From the IMG/VR virus record IMGVR_UViG_3300042997_002652, positions 64,001 to 128,000 of that record: DNA of 64,000 bases. One strand, 5' to 3'. Below are positions 49,933-58,571 of the stretch, in pieces. Under the pieces are notes generated by a model that was not told where the DNA came from, did no database searches, and worked only from the letters and a program-made list of their open reading frames with translations. Source of the DNA: a virus. Lineage: Duplodnaviria; Caudoviricetes. Within the stretch, counting starts at the first letter, position 1. Each line of letters starts with the position of its first letter. The position numbers were made by a program, and so were the translations under genes.

Positions 49933-50495
49933 GGTTTCATTAATCCAGCGGCTATTAACTTTTGATAAGCATCTTGTACTACAATCGCTTGATGTTCGGC
50001 GTCTTCTACTGCATTGTGCGTAGTTTTAGTACCATACTTTTTATCTTTTAGTTTCACACCGGCTATTTCAAATAGTGTTCTAGTGTCTCTTACTGTATAG
50101 AAAGGCCATGGTATTGGATTTGGTTTATCAGTTAAAGTTTGTCTAAACGCTGTTTCCATAACTACTACGTCAAAAGGGGCACCGTTTGACCACACAGCAT
50201 CTTGATTCCAACAATAATGATATAACACTTCCATGCATTCTTTTAATGACATTCTACCCTGTTCATTAAACGCTGCGTTTAGTGCTTCAGGAGATTGTTG
50301 CGACCACCATCTGAGAGTATCTTCATTAATGATTCTGTTATATACTTCAGTTTGATCTTCAATAGTAGGTTTTAGTTCTAATCTATCAAGCACACCAGTT
50401 CCTTTTGGGTTAAACTTTACTACACCAATAGTAAGAATAACACAATTGGGTGATGTGTCTAAAGATTCTATATCTATCATCAAATGAGAGGGCAT
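49929..50495 (-). CDS. DEDDh 3'-5' exonuclease
   Basis: LMIDIES (ExoI), WSNGAPFD (ExoII), HNAVEDA (ExoIII). Confidence 0.9.
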   Translation of the reverse strand: MPSHLMIDIESLDTSPNCVILTIGVVKFNPKGTGVLDRLELKPTIEDQTEVYNRIINEDTLRWWSQQSPEALNAAFNEQGRMSLKECMEVLYHYCWNQDAVWSNGAPFDVVVMETAFRQTLTDKPNPIPWPFYTVRDTRTLFEIAGVKLKDKKYGTKTTHNAVEDAEHQAIVVQDAYQKLIAAGLMKP

Positions 50496-50496
50496 A

Positions 50497-50796
50497 TCAT
50501 TCCCATCTTAGTTTAGCTAACATATATTCTTTATCGGTCTTTAAGTAAATAGCGCGTTTGCTGTCCTTGCTATCGTTAGCCCAAGCCCATATTGGCCAGT
50601 CTTCGTCATGTGCCCAAGCATCGTGTAACTCATAACTACGTCCCCAAATTACTTCACACCATTGTCTAATTTCATTAAACGTCTTGATTTGGTCCCGAGA
50701 ATTCATACCATGAGTCTCTATCATATATTGATAAATATTACCGCCGTTGTATCTTCTGTCTATCTTTTTAAATGTTATTATTCGCATAGTTTCCAA
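50497..50796 (-). CDS. Small hypothetical protein, xLRWE-terminal family
   Basis: Ends KEYMLAKLRWE; true start probably MRIITF. Confidence 0.65.
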   Translation of the reverse strand: METMRIITFKKIDRRYNGGNIYQYMIETHGMNSRDQIKTFNEIRQWCEVIWGRSYELHDAWAHDEDWPIWAWANDSKDSKRAIYLKTDKEYMLAKLRWE

Positions 50797-51029
50797 TGGA
50801 CATATATTTTATCGTTTATTGTAACACGTTTACTAGTCAACCACCAATCTTTTAGGTAACCTTTGTTAGGATATTTTTCCCATAACCAATCTTCTAAAGC
50901 TCTAGTCCAGTCACACTGAATAAAGATTTGTTCTTGCCATTCATTATTAATGAAAATCTTTTTCCTGATTTTTCGGTTGGTAGGAACATAATCAATTATG
51001 TCTACATGATCGTAATAATTGAAACCCAT
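50778..51029 (-). CDS. Small hypothetical protein
   Basis: Ends KIYVHWKLCE. Confidence 0.65.
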   Translation of the reverse strand: MGFNYYDHVDIIDYVPTNRKIRKKIFINNEWQEQIFIQCDWTRALEDWLWEKYPNKGYLKDWWLTSKRVTINDKIYVHWKLCE

Positions 51030-51293
51030 TTATTCCCACCTCAATAAAAACCATTCATAATCTTTAGACTGTTCAAACGCTATACGATTATCAAACCAAC
51101 GATGTTCACCTATAGTGTTTTGTTTTACCCATTCTATCACTTCATCAAGTTGCTGATAAGAAATTATTGCACCATGCCACCCACTTGTGATACACAAATT
51201 GTATAATAACTCTTGATCTAAACGATTACGAATATTATTCGCCATCTCAGTTAGAATCTCATCATGCTCGTTTTGTGACAAGCTCATTCCCAC
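51030..51293 (-). CDS. Small hypothetical protein, xLRWE-terminal family
   Basis: Ends KDYEWFLLRWE. Confidence 0.65.
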   Translation of the reverse strand: MGMSLSQNEHDEILTEMANNIRNRLDQELLYNLCITSGWHGAIISYQQLDEVIEWVKQNTIGEHRWFDNRIAFEQSKDYEWFLLRWE

Positions 51294-51508
51294 CTCAGTT
51301 TAAACCAAATTCTATGTTCTTCTATTGGTACATACCAAATATCAGATATACTAAACAATTCGGAACCTTGGTATTCTATCTTTATATCACAATCTTCAGC
51401 CCACTTCCAAACTTGTTTTCGCATGGTCCAATGTGAACATACTAAACAACTTTTGGGTATGTTTAGTTGCTTTGATACATCATCTAATGAATATATCTGT
51501 TCGCTCAA
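51284..51508 (-). CDS. Small hypothetical protein, xLRWE-terminal family
   Basis: Ends EHRIWFKLRWE. Confidence 0.65.
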   Translation of the reverse strand: MSEQIYSLDDVSKQLNIPKSCLVCSHWTMRKQVWKWAEDCDIKIEYQGSELFSISDIWYVPIEEHRIWFKLRWE

Positions 51509-51510
51509 CT

Positions 51511-52221
51511 TTAATACCCAGCTTCTTTCAATAGTTCTTTAACTTGCTTTACTTGTTCTTTGTTTCGCAAAAACTTTAATGCCCATTGTTCAGGATTGAT
51601 ATAATCAAAGATCAATCGTTGTAAACCTTCATCTAAACTTTCAATAAATTCAATACCCGATTGACTTTGATATAACATCCATGCACTGATCTTGCCGTTA
51701 GTAATCTTATAACAAATTTTATTCTTACTACCATATCGTAAATAGTCACCAGCTTTAATATTATCTGGTTCTGCTAATTTAATAGTAGTTTCAATGCTTC
51801 TAGCAATAGCATCAAGTGGATCTTCTTCGCGCAAGTAATAAATCAAGTAACGATTGTATACTTGATCACTAGTCCAACTATCAATAGAAATTTTATTGTC
51901 TAGCAACCAATCTAAGTATCTAGTAATATTGATAGCATTAATATCAACACAATAGTTACCAAATTTAACAAAGGCTATGTAATATGCGCTTTTTACAAAG
52001 TCCAAATAAGTTTTTGGTTTTCTTGAGTTTGTATTCTTTTTGTAAAAAGCAAGCCAGCACTGAAACGCTATTCTGTTTCCAGCGTTATCTTTTTCATGCA
52101 CTCTACGCTTAGTTTCGCACATGTGTTTAAACATTGACTGTTCGCGTTGGAATTGCTTATTACAAAAGTCGCAAACAAATTCAGTTACCTGAGTCTCTTT
52201 CATACTGATTAAGTTCATCAT
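51511..52221 (-). CDS. Hypothetical protein with N-terminal Zn finger
   Basis: CDFCNKQFQREQSMFKHMC (C-x2-C-x12-H-x-C). Confidence 0.65.
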   Translation of the reverse strand: MMNLISMKETQVTEFVCDFCNKQFQREQSMFKHMCETKRRVHEKDNAGNRIAFQCWLAFYKKNTNSRKPKTYLDFVKSAYYIAFVKFGNYCVDINAINITRYLDWLLDNKISIDSWTSDQVYNRYLIYYLREEDPLDAIARSIETTIKLAEPDNIKAGDYLRYGSKNKICYKITNGKISAWMLYQSQSGIEFIESLDEGLQRLIFDYINPEQWALKFLRNKEQVKQVKELLKEAGY

Positions 52222-52780
52222 CGGTTACAATAGTGCTCAACAATTCTATTTCGTCTAATTTTAGTGTTGGGAATTTTTTAGCTAGTACTACTTTCTTTTT
52301 GTGTTCAGTAACAAATACTTCTGCTACTTCTGCTATGTCTCGTTCACTGGCTGTTGGGTATATCTTTTTATAGTAGTCTTGAATCTCTTTAGTTTTAGCT
52401 GCTTCTTTAAGTAAGCTTACTTTTTCACCTATCTTGGGTATCCATTGATGAAACTGTTTCCCCTTGCCTGGGCTAGCAGCACACAACATTAACCATTGTA
52501 GTTTTGGATGAGAATGTTCTTTACTAGCAATCATATGATCTAGCAAATATTTGTTAGCATAATATTCTGTGCTTTGCAAATAATATCGTTGTAAATCTTT
52601 ATTGCCTTTAATAGCACTCATCCATTGTACTAACAAAAATGGTACAAACTTTTTCTGCTGTTCGGGAGTTAACCTGTCAAAAAAGTCATAGTCTTTTTTG
52701 TCCAACGCTTCTAAAGTTTTGAACAGATCCAAATCTTGATTTTCAAAAGTTTCGTCTTTTGGTACAGATTTTTTAGCCAT
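52181..52780 (-). CDS. Probable clamp-loader small subunit (gp62-like)
   Basis: FVPFLLVQWMS...ANKY...HPKLQWLMLC...KQFHQWIP pattern. Confidence 0.55.
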   Translation of the reverse strand: MAKKSVPKDETFENQDLDLFKTLEALDKKDYDFFDRLTPEQQKKFVPFLLVQWMSAIKGNKDLQRYYLQSTEYYANKYLLDHMIASKEHSHPKLQWLMLCAASPGKGKQFHQWIPKIGEKVSLLKEAAKTKEIQDYYKKIYPTASERDIAEVAEVFVTEHKKKVVLAKKFPTLKLDEIELLSTIVTDDELNQYERDSGN

Positions 52781-53283
52781 TAAAAGACTTTCCCGTAATC
52801 AACTACTTCACAGTTTCTGCTAATCTCTTTAACAAAATATAAGCATCGGGGCTTTTCGCTATCATCAATGGGTACACATAAAAACTGACCATTTCTAAGT
52901 CTAGGCGAAAACCAAGTTACATCTTGATAAATGTCTACAATCTCTATAGGAAGAAAATCGGGCGCATAAGAAGTAAGAGGATTAAATTGAAACGCATTAA
53001 ATCCTCTGTCGTTTACACTAGACAAGGGAAGAGTTTCTAAATCACCGTGTTCAGATTCTCCAATTAAGATTTGCCAATCTACTGGCATTTTAATTTTTCT
53101 ATTACCCACTTGTAAAACTACAGCAGGCGAGTTAAAAGACTCTAAAAATATCAGAGGTATAAAATAAAAGTCTGGATTATTTGGATTAGAGTTATCTAAT
53201 ATTGCAAACTGAAGATCGTCTATTTCTTCAGGTAATGATTCTAAATTGTAACAACTGTTTACATCTAAGTTTAATATTCTCAT
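52780..53283 (-). CDS. Hypothetical beta-protein, possible Hint-like fold
   Basis: AVVLQVGNRKIKMPVDWQILI and IEIVDIYQDVTWFSPRLRNGQFLCV strand pattern. Confidence 0.5.
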   Translation of the reverse strand: MRILNLDVNSCYNLESLPEEIDDLQFAILDNSNPNNPDFYFIPLIFLESFNSPAVVLQVGNRKIKMPVDWQILIGESEHGDLETLPLSSVNDRGFNAFQFNPLTSYAPDFLPIEIVDIYQDVTWFSPRLRNGQFLCVPIDDSEKPRCLYFVKEISRNCEVVDYGKVF

Positions 53284-53298
53284 ATTGATATTATATCT

Positions 53299-54753
53299 CT
53301 AATAGTCTAATTTTTCAATACTAAACGGATAAGAAGCTTCTTTGTAAAAAGCTTTTCTTTGGGTAAGGTGCCTTTTAGAAAACTTACAATCGCTAGTTAT
53401 ATCCCAGACGGCAACATGATCTTTATCCTCTGCCATGCGCAGACCCCTGCCTATGCTTTGTATTACTCTTACAAACGACTTACCAGGTTCAAGCATAACA
53501 ATGTTAAACAGTCTAGGTACATTAATACCCACGGCTGCAACACCGTATGTGCAAACCAATATTCGGCCCTCACTCGTTCTAATTTCATCATACTCTTCTT
53601 TCCTCTCTGTTAATTTCATTTCTCCAGATACAAATACTGAGTTAGGTAACCTTTCTACTAACTCTTTACCTGCACTGATTCTGTCAACTAGCACTAATGT
53701 ATTGCCGGTATCTTTGATTTTATCAATCAGTTTAGCAATAGTATCTAGTCTAAGTTGATCGGTGGTTAAAAATTTCAATTCACTTTGATAGTCTTTGTAT
53801 TCTTTGCCGTCTTTTAGCTGAACAATGTTTACATGACACTGTGCAAGAACGCCTTGTTCTTGTAATTCACTGGCTGAAAGCTTACCAACAACCGGACCTA
53901 GTGACACTAACAATGATAGTTTGTCAAAGTCAGCTTTTGGAATAGTACCAGTTAAGCCCCAACGAATTGGCACTCGTGATAGCACACCAGTAAGTAAGTC
54001 TTTTAAAACTTCTGCTTTTGCTTGGTGCACTTCGTCAACGATCACGCATACTACGCCTTCAATAAAATCGTTGATAGTAAAATCAGCGTCACCTGATTGT
54101 GTTGCTTTTAACAGATTGTTCAATGATTGCCAAGTACAAATAGTATGAGTTTTGTTTAGTTCTTTTCTATCTCCAAAATAAACACCAACATCAAGACCTA
54201 AGTTAACATAGTCTTCTTCTGTTTGTACTACTAATGATTTGTTTGGAACGATAACGATTGATCTACCATATTGTTCTACTGACAAAGATAGTGCAGCCGT
54301 TACTAAAGTTTTACCTGCGCCTGTTGCTGCTTCTTGCAATGATTGCGGATTAGCTAAAAAGGTATTTACAATCTCTACTTGATAATCTCTAAACATAATA
54401 GACTCACCTTCTTTAACATGACCTTTAGGCCAAGTTTTATTAGCAAAGGTATCTTCTTTTATTTGTTCAAATTGAAATGTAGTTTTGTAAGTGCGTAAGT
54501 CTTCTAGTTCAATATCGTAATTAAAGTTATCAATGATAGGGATAATTTGATCTAGTAAATTAATATGAGTGGCGCCACCTAATGAAAAGTAGCTGATCTT
54601 ACCATTCCATCTACCCAGACGAACACTAGGCAAGTACCTAGCACCGGGTTTTTCCACTTCAAATTTTTTCATCAACGCTTTACGAGCATCAAGTTCTAAT
54701 CCTTGAATTTTAACATTTACTTCATCGGTTATAATTATTTTAGCTGTTTTCAT
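53299..54753 (-). CDS. uvsW: SF2 DNA helicase (UvsW-like)
   Basis: FRDYQ, AATGAGKT, VDEVH, GLTGT, VGINVP, QSIGRGLR. Confidence 0.92.
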   Translation of the reverse strand: MKTAKIIITDEVNVKIQGLELDARKALMKKFEVEKPGARYLPSVRLGRWNGKISYFSLGGATHINLLDQIIPIIDNFNYDIELEDLRTYKTTFQFEQIKEDTFANKTWPKGHVKEGESIMFRDYQVEIVNTFLANPQSLQEAATGAGKTLVTAALSLSVEQYGRSIVIVPNKSLVVQTEEDYVNLGLDVGVYFGDRKELNKTHTICTWQSLNNLLKATQSGDADFTINDFIEGVVCVIVDEVHQAKAEVLKDLLTGVLSRVPIRWGLTGTIPKADFDKLSLLVSLGPVVGKLSASELQEQGVLAQCHVNIVQLKDGKEYKDYQSELKFLTTDQLRLDTIAKLIDKIKDTGNTLVLVDRISAGKELVERLPNSVFVSGEMKLTERKEEYDEIRTSEGRILVCTYGVAAVGINVPRLFNIVMLEPGKSFVRVIQSIGRGLRMAEDKDHVAVWDITSDCKFSKRHLTQRKAFYKEASYPFSIEKLDY

Positions 54754-55769
54754 TTTACCTCAATTGGATTTGAATTCTTTATAAACACACATTTAGCAAC
54801 AGCACCAGCTCCGCAGAATTTTCTACTTTCATCGCCGTGATATTGTAATAATACAGGTGTTTTGATAGTGCTGTCTACTGCAAAATCAGATTTAACGGGT
54901 ATAACTTCAATATTGTTCTTTTCTAAGTTTTTAATTAAGGGCACGAACAGTTGTTTAGTTTTAAGAAAAGCGGTATGAACACCTTTACCTAATAATACTT
55001 GTTTAACATCTAGCTCTGTTAACCACGTTACTATTTCAGTTTCATCAATTTCTGTTTCAGTTACAAACTCACTAGCAAACTTTTTGATCTTGCTATCAAT
55101 TAAATCTTTGTGAGTTTTTATACCCAACTTAGATAATTTAAAAAGAGTTTTGGGATCAGTGTTAAGTTCTATGTTGCTTATACGATTGCCTATTGGTTCG
55201 TTTACAGCAATGATATAGTAGTTATTATTTATGTTGACTAAAGTTGGTTCCCAGATTATATTGGGATCAGTTAAAGTGGACACTTCCGATAATATTCTTT
55301 TAATGTGATTACAATAATAAACTTCTGGAAAGTATTTGGGAAGAATAGTATATGCAATTTTTAAAGCATAGGTACTCATAGAAGATATGTACGCTTTTTT
55401 AGTCTTATCCCAATTAAACGTATTGTCTTTTATATCATCAAACCTTTTAATAAACTTGTTGTTCATTGGAACTCGGATAACAAGTTTGTCATTGAGCAAT
55501 GATACTCTAGCCGCCGTATATTCTTTAGATGTTTCTATTACCTGCGCTTTCCATGGTAACTCTAGTAACTGATCTTTAGTAAGGTTAGTTTGTTTTAACT
55601 GAAGGAGATATTTTTCTACTAGTTTTGAGAATAGCTTATCCTGACCCGTAGTGATCGTGTTAGTATCTTTGATAATTATGGTTAGATTATTAAAGAATTT
55701 TCTATCACTATAATGAAGTCTAATAGATTTGGATAGAAAGAAATAAAGTAAATGTTCTTTTGTCTGCAT
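54750..55769 (-). CDS. Hypothetical protein coupled to uvsW
   Basis: ORF track; ATGA overlap. Confidence 0.65.
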   Translation of the reverse strand: MQTKEHLLYFFLSKSIRLHYSDRKFFNNLTIIIKDTNTITTGQDKLFSKLVEKYLLQLKQTNLTKDQLLELPWKAQVIETSKEYTAARVSLLNDKLVIRVPMNNKFIKRFDDIKDNTFNWDKTKKAYISSMSTYALKIAYTILPKYFPEVYYCNHIKRILSEVSTLTDPNIIWEPTLVNINNNYYIIAVNEPIGNRISNIELNTDPKTLFKLSKLGIKTHKDLIDSKIKKFASEFVTETEIDETEIVTWLTELDVKQVLLGKGVHTAFLKTKQLFVPLIKNLEKNNIEVIPVKSDFAVDSTIKTPVLLQYHGDESRKFCGAGAVAKCVFIKNSNPIEVK

Positions 55770-55822
55770 AGTAGTATATATTACTATAGAGTCAAAATAG
55801 AGTCAAACTTAAAGGCAAAAAA

Positions 55823-55840
55823 AGGGACATCAATGTCCCT
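55823..55840 (-). terminator. Intrinsic terminator
   Basis: agggacat-ca-atgtccct followed by a U-run on the minus strand. Confidence 0.75.
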
Positions 55841-55871
55841 AAAACAAAACACCATCATGGTGTCGGAAAAC

Positions 55872-56102
55872 TTAAATATCAAAATATTTTTTGACAAGAT
55901 TTTTTATCTCTACAAAATCAGTAACACCGTTATCAATTGCATTTCTTGTTACCAATAAGGTTCTGTTGATTAGCTGTTTGGTTAACACTTCAACAAAAGG
56001 ATCAGGTATATACATCTTGTTTATTTCTTCGTTGTCTTCAGGAAACAGATCAAATACTTCAGTAATCGCTTGTCTAAAAATATCTCGTGTTTTATCGTTC
56101 AT
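55872..56102 (-). CDS. Small hypothetical protein
   Basis: ORF track; SD GGGAG. Confidence 0.6.
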   Translation of the reverse strand: MNDKTRDIFRQAITEVFDLFPEDNEEINKMYIPDPFVEVLTKQLINRTLLVTRNAIDNGVTDFVEIKNLVKKYFDI

Positions 56103-56118
56103 GATATTACTCCCTTAC

Positions 56119-57144
56119 TTAACCACGCTTTACACAAGTTGCTTCAGCCAGCATTTTCCAGTTCTTTGACACTTTAACAAGATCAGCAATCTTTACAGCC
56201 ATACGCAGTGAAATTTCACGCAGATTAGTCAGATTGGTTTCCATGAAGTCTAAGATTTCAGTAGACTGAGCATCATTAAAACCATAATCCTCAAACAAAC
56301 CGTTGTTGGTGTCACGGTGAACTTGACGCACACGCAACATTTTGTCACGCTCGGTGTCAATAGTCAGATCCAAGTAATGTGCTCGTGATTGCAGCGCATC
56401 AATGTGTGCCTTGACAGTAGAACGCTTGTTGTTGTTAGCAACATCAACGTTAGTGATAAAAATGATTGAACCGTGAAAGTCAAACGAGTTAGGTACACCT
56501 TCGTCTCTGAGCAAACGTGAATCTTTGTTCCAAGAAATTCTACGCTTCTTGCCTGAATCCAAAGCACCTTTCAATACGTTTAACGCATCAGGGTCTGACC
56601 AAACATCACAATCGTCAAACACTAGTACATTGCGTGGGTCAGAAAACTTGTACAGTGTAGCAAACAAACCTATACCAGAGATCGCACCTTTGACAATTTC
56701 AAAACGTGGATTACGTTGAGCAATTTTGTCAAACAAGCTTGCTTTTTCCATTTCTTGAATAACAGTGTGTGACTTGCCTACACCGGGAGGACCAGTTACG
56801 ATCAAAGCACGAATGTCACCTGCGATACACGCTTTTGTCATTTCATCCATAATTTGAAAGCGGGTGCTAATACGATTCATTGCTTCTTCGTCTGTTTCTT
56901 GCGGGAGGGATACTTGCGATTCAACTACTGCTTCAGTCATGGGTTCACCTGTTAGGTATTCAATAGAACTGATATTATCTACTTTGATCTTGATGTTGTC
57001 AATATCAATAGGGAAGTGACCTTCGTTCTTTACAGTAACGTAGCCGCCTTTAACACCTACTTGATAGCCCCGTACCAACTTGAAAGTAGTGTTGATAATG
57101 GGAGCATTACGATAAGTACCGCGCTTGATTCTGATTACTGACAT
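56119..57144 (-). CDS. AAA+ ATPase with N-terminal beta domain (early)
   Basis: GPPGVGKS, LVFDD, IIFITN, ALQSR. Confidence 0.85.
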   Translation of the reverse strand: MSVIRIKRGTYRNAPIINTTFKLVRGYQVGVKGGYVTVKNEGHFPIDIDNIKIKVDNISSIEYLTGEPMTEAVVESQVSLPQETDEEAMNRISTRFQIMDEMTKACIAGDIRALIVTGPPGVGKSHTVIQEMEKASLFDKIAQRNPRFEIVKGAISGIGLFATLYKFSDPRNVLVFDDCDVWSDPDALNVLKGALDSGKKRRISWNKDSRLLRDEGVPNSFDFHGSIIFITNVDVANNNKRSTVKAHIDALQSRAHYLDLTIDTERDKMLRVRQVHRDTNNGLFEDYGFNDAQSTEILDFMETNLTNLREISLRMAVKIADLVKVSKNWKMLAEATCVKRG

Positions 57145-57180
57145 AGTATTTTCTCTCTTGTTTGTTTACTGTATGATGTT

Positions 57181-57210
57181 ATTATAGCAGATTTGGGTAA
57201 GAAGTCAAGC
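57181..57210 (-). promoter_or_regulatory. Strong early sigma70 promoter
   Basis: GC-TTGACT-16-TATAAT with extended -10 (TGC). Confidence 0.9.
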
Positions 57211-57222
57211 CTTATTTGAAAT

Positions 57223-57369
57223 TTATTCTGTTGCAGGTACGATCAACTCAACACGGCGAACTCGGCGGTCGCGACTAATGCGGTTGAAGAAACCCTTAGC
57301 AGCAATATATGTGTCAAAAGACTTGCTCAGGCTATCATAGTTGTAGTATTTGTAGGTTACAGTATACAT
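57223..57369 (-). CDS. Small early protein (48 aa)
   Basis: Hand translation MYTVTYKYYNYDSLSKSFDTYIAAKGFFNRISRDRRVRRVELIVPATE; own promoter; not in the ORF track. Confidence 0.75.
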   Translation of the reverse strand: MYTVTYKYYNYDSLSKSFDTYIAAKGFFNRISRDRRVRRVELIVPATE

Positions 57370-57402
57370 TATACTTTCTCGCTCTTTGTTGACTATAGAA
57401 CT

Positions 57403-57432
57403 ATTATAGCAGAAATGGGTAAGAAGTCAAGC
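57403..57432 (-). promoter_or_regulatory. Strong early sigma70 promoter
   Basis: GCTTGACTTCTTACCCATTTCTGCTATAAT, 28/30 identical to the 57181 promoter. Confidence 0.9.
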
Positions 57433-57437
57433 CTTTT

Positions 57438-57716
57438 TTAACTAAATTCGTAAATTTTAACAGAAGGATCCAGCTTAACTAGCTCTTTAGCAGCAGCAGT
57501 CAATGCACGATACCGGGCTTGAACCTGACTACGGGGCAGTTCACCGTCACAGGTAAGATTCTCAGGGCTAAGATCGGAATCAATCATACTGGCTACACGT
57601 TGTCTACCTTTAGCAGTTTTAATCTCAAATTGCTCACCGTTGAAAATCGCGTTCCACTGATTCTTTTGATTGATAAGTGCTTGAAGTGCTGACATTTTGT
57701 GCTCCTGTTTATTCAC
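57438..57716 (-). CDS. Small early protein
   Basis: DLSPENLTCDGE; true start probably MSALQ after ACAGGAG. Confidence 0.75.
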   Translation of the reverse strand: MNKQEHKMSALQALINQKNQWNAIFNGEQFEIKTAKGRQRVASMIDSDLSPENLTCDGELPRSQVQARYRALTAAAKELVKLDPSVKIYEFS

Positions 57717-57727
57717 TGTATAATACT

Positions 57728-57757
57728 ATTATAGCAGGTTTTACCCGAAAGTCAAGC
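57728..57757 (-). promoter_or_regulatory. Strong early sigma70 promoter
   Basis: GCTTGACT-16-TATAAT with TGC extension. Confidence 0.88.
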
Positions 57758-57783
57758 CTTTGGCTAAAAATAAATCTCTTTAG

Positions 57784-57797
57784 AAATCAATAACTTA
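57784..57797 (+). promoter_or_regulatory. IHF-consensus site
   Basis: AAATCAATAACTTA matches WATCAANNNNTTR. Confidence 0.65.
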
Positions 57798-58022
57798 GCT
57801 TCCAACTGAAGTAAAATCCAATTCTTTGTTGGTTTTTATGTCGGTTAAACTGATTATTGTATAGTTGGTACGAGTACTGTTACTTACTGCCCAAGCCCAA
57901 GCTTTAGCATCGTTATAAGTCATAAAACCCATACGATCTGTATGGGTTATGCCTTCAAGTGTACCTGAAGTAAACTTGCGTACAATCTCAACTTGAACAG
58001 GGTAGTTTTCGTATATATTCAT
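57795..58022 (-). CDS. Small early protein
   Basis: ORF track; promoter TTGACA-16-TACACT at 58031-58058. Confidence 0.7.
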   Translation of the reverse strand: MNIYENYPVQVEIVRKFTSGTLEGITHTDRMGFMTYNDAKAWAWAVSNSTRTNYTIISLTDIKTNKELDFTSVGS

Positions 58023-58097
58023 ATTATATTAGTGTATCAGAATTAGAAAGAATGTCAAGCCTTCTATCAAAAATAAAAGGCTTGACCTATCAGTTAC

Positions 58098-58571
58098 TTA
58101 CACCGATTCTAGGTACTTATTTTGATCAGAACAAATGTCAATGATACTAAACATAGGTTTAGACGTAAAGGGTCCGTAGGGCATGTGCTCTTTTTTCACG
58201 CGATATACGGGAAGACCGAATTTTCTGATTCTATTCTCGAACCAATTCTGTAGATCGTTATACGTCTGACCGCTGTTAGGATCTATCCACTCCCATACCC
58301 ATTGGTCAAGTTTGATACTAACATGCGCTTGTAGCAATCTACGAGACTCTTCTAAATCTGTTACTACATCTGTGGGCCCATAGTACAGATCATTAAATTG
58401 TTGAGCACATCCAGTATGACCTATATAAGCTTTGATTCGTTTCTCTTCATGGGTTGTTCTACCCCAACCGTCGGTGTGAACAAATATATCTGATCCGACA
58501 GTTAGCGGTATTTTATGACCTGTTTTTATGAGATAAAGACCGGTCGTAGAATCATCCTTTAGTGCAATCAT
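58098..58571 (-). CDS. Putative GIY-YIG/T5orf172-like nuclease
   Basis: TGLYLIK...GWGRTT..EKRIKAY...FNDLYY...VTDLEE pattern; ATGA-coupled to the upstream gene. Confidence 0.5.
   Translation of the reverse strand: MIALKDDSTTGLYLIKTGHKIPLTVGSDIFVHTDGWGRTTHEEKRIKAYIGHTGCAQQFNDLYYGPTDVVTDLEESRRLLQAHVSIKLDQWVWEWIDPNSGQTYNDLQNWFENRIRKFGLPVYRVKKEHMPYGPFTSKPMFSIIDICSDQNKYLESV

Noticed and set aside
58054-58086. GTCAAGCCTT/AAGGCTTGAC repeat as a divergent plus-strand promoter
   Set aside because: The plus-strand TTGACC has no -10 at 16-18 bp; more likely a terminator or operator hairpin
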